A stretch of DNA of 64,000 nucleotides from Auanema rhodensis (Eukaryota; Animalia; Nematoda). Every line of letters begins with the position of its first letter. Within the stretch, counting starts at the first letter, position 1. Position numbers and translations under genes: made by a program. Under the pieces are notes generated by a model. The model worked only from the letters and a program-made list of their open reading frames with translations. It did not search any database and had not been told where the DNA came from. Positions 57,434-64,000 of the stretch are shown piece after piece. The stretch spans positions 14,322,001 through 14,386,000 of the forward strand of contig OZ059896.1 in NCBI GenBank assembly GCA_964057225.1, read 5' to 3'.

Positions 57434-59096
57434 ATGAAAAGAACAGTCGACGGAAAACCAAAAGAGAGCGGCTCAATGGGGAAAGGTTTCTTGTTTCAAG
57501 TATAATTACCTTATGCTGTTCTTCAGACCTGTTTGGGAGAGATATTCCTTCCACGGGCTACTGGACTTCGGAAGATCATGAAAATCTTCTAATTTTCTCC
57601 TCCAAAGATATTGAACATAGGGATAAAGTTGCAGCTTTTGATATGGGTTTGCGGAATAAATTGAACAAGTTTCATAAGTATTCACTGATTCAGACGGTAC
57701 ACTGATCACCACAAAATCGGGGAAAGTTTTTCCAACTGATACTAAGGATTGGAAGTTATGGGATACAAAAGTACCAATAAAATTGAAGGAAAAGTATGAA
57801 GAAGGATTCAAAATTGCAATATTTACAAACCAAAAGGGTCTCGAGGTTTGAATAAATATGTGCGCATTATTCAATTTTAAAATGTTATTTCACAGAAAGG
57901 ACATGTGCTTAAGCATGATTTCAAGAAGAAAATCGAAGCGGTTGTTAAAGCTTTAGGAGTTCCTATTCATGTAAGTAGCTCTGAATCATATATGCGTAAA
58001 AGGTGAGAAATTGCAGGTTTTTGTGTCTGCCGGAAGTGGGAAATTCCGTAAACCATGCATTGGAATGTGGGAAGCTTTAGAGAAGTACAATGACGAAATA
58101 GCTATAAACAAAGATAGCAGTATCTTTGTTGGTGATGCTGCTGGACGTATTGTCTCAAAGGTTTAAACTCGTCTGGCTTTCTGTTGGTTTATAAAGTTTA
58201 ATACTCAGATTCGCCCTAAGAAGGATCATTCCTCAGCTGATCGTCACTTAGCTTTGAACGTTGGATTGAAATTCTACACTCCTGAGCAATTTTTCTTAGG
58301 AAAATCTGAAGAACCATGGAAAACACCGGAATTTGTTTCGTCGAAGTTGATATCCACGAAGTTACCTCTGCTTGAACCTGAAGGTGTGCACTTATGAAAA
58401 GTCTATTGTGTTGTTCTCTCCAACTCCACGCTTTTCAGACACGAAACTTCCAGCTGATAAGAAGGAAATAATTGTGATGGTTGGTTTTCCTGGCTCTGGT
58501 AAATCTACCTTTGCTCGGAAAATAGCAGGGGATTATGATTATTCCATCGTGAGCAGGTATATTACATTTAATAAACAATTTTGGCATTTGTTCCTTTCAG
58601 AGATGTCTTGGGCACGTGGCAAAAATGTGTCGAACGTGCAAAAAAAGACATTATGGATGGGAAAAGTGTGATAATCGACAATACTAATCCTGATGTAGAA
58701 TCAAGGTACTAATAATTTTTTCCTGTTACAAATATGGGCATGTTTAATGTTATTTTAAGATCTCGTTATGTGAAACTAGCAAAATCTTTATCAGTTCAAG
58801 TAAGATGTTTTGTTATGAATTGTACAATGGAGAATGCTTTACATAATATTCGATTCCGAACTTTAACCAATGCCAGCGTACCTAATGTTTCTTCTATGGT
58901 TGTTCGAATGCACAATAGCAAATATAAGGTTGGAAATTGTTAAAGAAATGAGATTTTATACCTGACTAATTGCCTATTTTTCTTTCAGAAACCCGAGCTT
59001 TCAGAAGAATTCGATGAGATAGTCAGTGTAAATTTTGTCCCTCAATTTACAAATGAAGCTGATGTAAAGCTGTATTCCATGCATCTTTTAGAATAA
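57434..59096 (+). CDS. PNKP: Bifunctional polynucleotide phosphatase/kinase
   Basis: HAD motif [45 protein letters not shown]-loop GFPGSGKST and IDNTNPD. Confidence 0.95.
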
Positions 59097-59599
59097 ACGC
59101 GTACAAACTTGTTTTTGTACAAAATAAAAATTTATTTTATATACAGAAGTGAAATTTGTTTTGTTTAAAAAAAAGTGATGAAGCACTGGCATTGAAGGCA
59201 CAAAAATTCAAAAAAAAAATAAAAAAGCAGTAACATCATCTTCAGCATCGTCATAATGAAGTTGAGAAAGGAAAGTAAAATCGTCTACTAACCCATACTT
59301 CCATTAATAACCACCGGTGAGCAAGAAGGCTACCTCGTATTCACAAATTGATAAAACAACTAACTGAAAATACATTATTTGAAAAATCATAATACACATG
59401 GGATGTGTTTAACAGCTCAGCGTGATTCATGAAGATGAGCAATAGCGCTCGGCCCACATGATTGCTTTATCAATGAACTATTATCAGTCCAAGAAATATG
59501 ATAAAATTGCTTACAAATTAATTTTTTGGTTTATTTGTTTAAAAATATTATGAGACTCACTTGATTATTTTGTTCTAATATTGATTTTTGGTCTAAAAA

Positions 59600-60619
59600 T
59601 CATTCATCATCTTCATCTTTTTCACGTTGTAACTTCGACCTTTCTTCTGAAGATTGCTTTTCAGCTAAATAGCCAGTAGCAATTAACAAAAGAACCTTAA
59701 AAGGAATGAAACAATAGAATGGTGTTGAAAAAAAATGTTCACAAACCTGTATAATTAGAAAGAAACATAAGAGAAAAATAAGAAGCATTTCGGAACTGAG
59801 AAACCTTTTCAGGGGTTGGCATTCTGTGCCAGCCATGCATTTCAATTCTGTTCTCCATGATTCTTCTAATTTATTATGCACCTATAATAGGCTTGTGTCA
59901 ATTCTTGATTTTCAAATGAGTTTCAAAGCAAAATAGAATATTTTGTCAAGCAAAACAAGGAGTAAGAAGCATATATGTGTATAAGTAAAGAAAAAAAAAG
60001 AAACTAACTCTTTTGCGGACTGTAACTGTAAAAGCTATAGCAACTAGTTGAGCTATCATCATAGCAATTTGGCCCAGAATATGCTAAAGAAGATCAATAT
60101 TTACATATATTCTTTTGAAAATATTTGATGAATTGAAAGAAAAAAGAAACTTACAACAGATAATAAAAAGGAATTTAATACACATAACGATAGTACACCA
60201 AGGGATGATAGCATACATAAACATACAGCATATGCTGCTATGAGAAATAAGGTTATGACATACTGTAAATAAAGGAAAATAAACTATTTGATATCAAAAA
60301 GAAAAAACGAAGGAAAAGAAGAAAAACGGAGTAAATTGCACTTACTTGAGGATATGCATCGACTCTAACTGGAGCTATATCCGCACGAGGAGGATTGATT
60401 GTAGCCAGAAAAGTTAATCCTATGAGACAAGCTGAGCATGACTATAATTGAAAGGTTTCACATTTATTCAAATATACTCTTAGGTAATTTGATAAAACAA
60501 TGATTATGCATATTGATGATAAGGTATATGATTAAATAGCTAATATAACTTACAAGAAATAATAGATTAATTGAAGCCGCAAATATTCTAGCTAATAGTA
60601 GGCTCGTCCTCGGTTGCAT
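59600..60619 (-). CDS. Four-TM tetraspanin-like protein
   Basis: Six exons in frame give four hydrophobic segments, a short Cys-containing loop (KCMAGTECQP) before TM4 and an acidic tail. Confidence 0.65.
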
Positions 60620-60637
60620 TGCGCCTGCTACGCATTA

Positions 60638-60695
60638 AGGCTCCGCCCCTGGGGCCCTGGGTCTGGGGCGGGTGGTATAGAAAGGGGAGGGGGGA
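60638..60695. promoter_or_regulatory. GC-box (Sp/KLF-type) cluster upstream of the tetraspanin-like gene
   Basis: CCGCCCC, GGGGCGGG and GGGGAGGGGG within 60 nt in an otherwise AT-rich genome, followed by GA/CT-rich tracts. Confidence 0.5.
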
Positions 60696-61726
60696 CCAAC
60701 TCTAGAGAGGACATTGGCTGGAAACTGAGGGGGTGAGGAAGAACAAGTATGGAAGAGACGAACGAGACATGAAGAGCGAGAGAGAAGAATCGTTGATGAC
60801 ACTACGGCAAGCGGAGAATAAAAGAAGAGATAGAGAAAGAGACAGAGGTTTCAGAGAGAGATAACAGACAGACAGAGATGAGAAAGGAGGAAACAATGAA
60901 GGAAAGGAGAAAGAGAAGCAAGAGATACGAGCTAGTATGTAAGGGACAAGAAGAGATGCCTATAATGACCCAAAGACACAACTTGTTCTCTCTCTCTATC
61001 TCTCTCTATTTCCATTTTTCTACCCCCTCTTCATTTCAGTTCCCTCTCTCCGTCACTCTTTCCGACTTCTCTCAGTTTAATACCTTTCTCCTCATACTCT
61101 TTCTCTTCTCTCTACCTCTCTCTCACTCACTTTTCCGAAATTCATTCCTTGTAATATAGAGTCCAACTGATGGTGAATGTAGTTTTGTCTCTTCACACAC
61201 TCACTCACTCACACACAAGCTCATGAGATTCTCGACTTAAGGCATCTCTAAAGTTTCCCGTTTCACAATATTTTTTCCATAAAAATCTCGTCAAATTTTA
61301 CGCTTCGAACAAAAAATTGTCTTTTTCCTAAATTTTTTACGAGATTTAACAAACTATAAGAGATTTATTTGTCAATGCTTTTTCTATTTGCTTAAAACGA
61401 GTTTTATGAAGAATCTCTTGGTTCGATTTTCTCACGTGAGCTCAAGAATTACACCTGTTGCCAATGAAATTTTAATTTTTTTTCGTCTTCAATGCAACTT
61501 TTGAAATTTCAAATTAATTATTTATACCTCATTTATATAAAATTAAAATTCAAAAAAAAGGCAAAAATGAATGGAATATGAAACATTTTAAAATATTTAT
61601 TCAACAATTATTATTATTATTATTATTATTATATTTAACAAACAAAAAATTTCAGAGAAAATAGCCATTTTGCGAGCTTATTATTCCTGATTTATTCGAG
61701 TTTGGCTACTAATTTCACTCAAAATT

Positions 61727-63282
61727 TCAATTAGCTGTGTCTCTCTTGACCAATCGTCCGAATCCATTTCCGACAGAATTATCAAAAGCTGCCTTGATGA
61801 TGTCATTTTCGATGCCTTCGCGGAAGAAATATGACTTCAAACTGAATGGATTCTGGGGGAAACTATTGTGAATCACCACTGTAACCTGAAATGGCAAGAA
61901 ATATGCATATTCATCAAACAACAATTGATACTTTTAATCGATTTGATGTTATTTTTTTAAATATTTTCGACATTTTCTCGTTTTTCCTTTTATACTCTCT
62001 TTCTCTCTCTTTCCCTATTTTTTCTCGAGAGAGTTAGAGAGAAAGAGAGATGAAGAGACACAAAGACAAGAGTTTCCGGTTTTAATCAAGGTCATACTCT
62101 TGTGAACGCAATTGATTCAACATCGTTTTTACAAATTTTAAGTTGGAAAATTTGTCAAATTACAATGTTTTTTTTAAATGAAAGTATCTTGTAACTTTAG
62201 TATTTTATTATTTCTCAACAAACCTGATGATAGTCGGGGCATTGCTCAGCTGTTGTATCAAGACAACAGAAGTAGTCTACCTGATTGTTATAGCAACACA
62301 CAGTATCAGCATCTGGCTGAAAATGGACAAATATGAACTAGAAAATTTGAAGATTAAAATGTTTTGTGTGAATAAAGGAAGAATAAAGAGGTTATACTGA
62401 GAGGGAGGAAGTGAATAAAGAAATTAATCACAAAAGAGTAAGAGGAAGAGAAAAAAAAGAAGCGAAAACAAGTAAACATGTAAATGAAATGAGGAAAAAG
62501 CAAAATTTGAAACAAATTAACGAAGAAAATCGTCAAAACATACGTTATCAGGAAGGGCATTGACGCAGAGTGAATTTTGATGTGGAAGACATTTACGTGG
62601 TTGCCCGTCAGGACGAAGCAGTGGACGAGATCCCTGAGGGCATGGTGGAATAACCATACGTGGCTCTTCTTTGCGAGTTGTAGCGGCCGAGCATTGAATT
62701 GTGCAAATAGCTGAAAAGATAAAAGATTATTTGAAAGAAGCAGGAAAAAGTCAATTTTTGAGGTGCAAGATTGCTCTTTATCAGATGTGTGTATGGGATC
62801 ATTAAGTAGGGTAGGAAGAGTTAAAAGGGAGGCTGGGGGGTTTAGGACGAAGTTAAGAAGATGATGAGTGTTAGTTATCTGGATGAATGACTCAATACTT
62901 AGCTGTTAAAAGGAAATATTGAGTTGCTTTTAAAGAAAAAGAAAAGAAAAGAAGAGAGAAAGAATTAAAAGAAAAAGAAAAGTTTGGAGGCTGAAAAGGA
63001 GAAAGAAAGAAGTTAGAAAAAACATGTTTACAGAGGGAAAAAAACTTTTTTCATTTATTCTGCATGACAGCTGTTAGAATAAAATAAGTTTTGATGATGA
63101 TGATGATGTTATGAAGATAATGAGGAAAATTTGGATGAAGAATGATGTTATATCTTTGAAATACAAAAATAATTGAAAATACTATGTTTGAGGGATAGAA
63201 AAACAAAATATAAATGAAAATATTAAATGTAAAACTAACCAATTAGTAGAAAAAGACCAAAAAAGGTTGTTGAATATTCCAT
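61727..63282 (-). CDS. Secreted cysteine-rich nematode protein (4 exons)
   Basis: Signal peptide MEYSTTFFGLFLLIAICTIQCSA, then CPQGSRPLLRPDGQPRKCLPHQNSLC...TVCCYNNQVDYFCC...C, and C-terminal AFDNSVGNGFGRLVKRDTAN. Confidence 0.75.
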
Positions 63283-63525
63283 GATTGTTCTATTCTCAGA
63301 AAGATTGTTCACACTCTATCACTCTAAGATCAGACTCGATCGTTTCCCAGGAAAGTGAACTGATTCAAAATAGGACATGACCCGATTGAAAGGAAAAATA
63401 CATCGATGAATTGATAAAACGGGCAGAATAATTTATTAGGACATTGTTATATTATTGTGTACTATTCAAATTTAAATTAATTATATAAATTCAAATATTA
63501 TATACAATTTAAAAGTTGTGATGGT

Positions 63526-63528
<3 letters not shown>

Positions 63529-63572
<44 letters not shown>

Positions 63573-63607
63573 CCCCCTCTCACTCTTCCCTCTCTCTCTC
63601 TCTCTGT
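63529..63607 (+). repeat. (TC)n microsatellite
   Basis: About 20 uninterrupted TC units followed by a second shorter tract. Confidence 0.9.
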
Positions 63608-64000
63608 CTTTCTCACTCAGATCATATTCATTGTTCAGCTTTTGCACGTCAAAATCTAAGACATGGAAAGATGTCTAAGATGATATGGAATGGAAGAAAA
63701 GAAGGTAGAAAGGGGAAGAGTAGCAGAGGGTTCCATCAAAAGTTGTTCATTTTTCTTTTTTGTCTATATATGTCCCATGTCTCATCTTAAGTTTTTAATT
63801 CAAGTTTTAAAATGTAGAATATGTTTTCAGCATAAAGAGAAATATAGTCGAATATTATAAATATTGAGATATAAGTTTATAAAAATCTTATAAATATCTC
63901 ATTATAGTAGTAGTTTTGTAAGTGTTCGAAATATAATACAATTTTTTCTCATCTTGTTTGTCTGTTTATTTCATATAAAATATGAAAATAACATGTACGA

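Noticed and set aside
59363-59560. Apparent intron 40 nt after the tetraspanin-like stop
   Set aside because: A plausible 3' UTR intron, but it has no coding or regulatory consequence I can support from sequence alone.
60702-61159. Ser/Leu-rich ORFs
   Set aside because: Translations of GA/CT simple-sequence tracts.

Overview
This is eukaryotic DNA from a nematode, most likely a rhabditid (clade V). It is very AT-rich, with modal introns of about 40-55 nt, TTTCAG/TTTTAG acceptors just before many start codons (SL trans-splice sites) and genes packed in operon-like runs. By splicing exons by hand I can reconstruct about 33 protein-coding genes. Recognisable ones are ANKLE2/lem-4, MED9, RABIF/Mss4, LSM3, Pax2/5/8, DIS3, MAIP1-like, RAB-19, EMC3, CENP-X, UXT, NPRL3, PhLP1, FDXR, POP7, TMEM167/kish, RPLP2, AUH, MRPL46, GRAMD4-like, DCTN4, Pelle/IRAK, NOL9, POMGNT1-like, an NHL protein, SRP54, RNASEH2B, MRPS33 and PNKP. 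There is also an intronic tRNA-Ile and an intronic H/ACA snoRNA. The most striking signal is apparent true dicistronic mRNAs nested inside the operons, which would be decoded by leaky scanning rather than separated by trans-splicing. (1) kish/TMEM167 has CUG where its orthologues have AUG, and it stops 9 nt before the POP7 AUG. (2) MED9 has a weak AUG and no other AUG in any frame for about 280 spliced nt, until the overlapping Mss4 AUG. Other points of interest are a roughly 1-kb hairpin-dense non-coding region 3' of dis-3, a roughly 510-bp element bounded by inverted repeats, candidate poison or micro-exons in over-long introns, and two introns that lack an AG acceptor. Gene models and RNA folds were made by eye and none has been checked against databases or RNA-seq.
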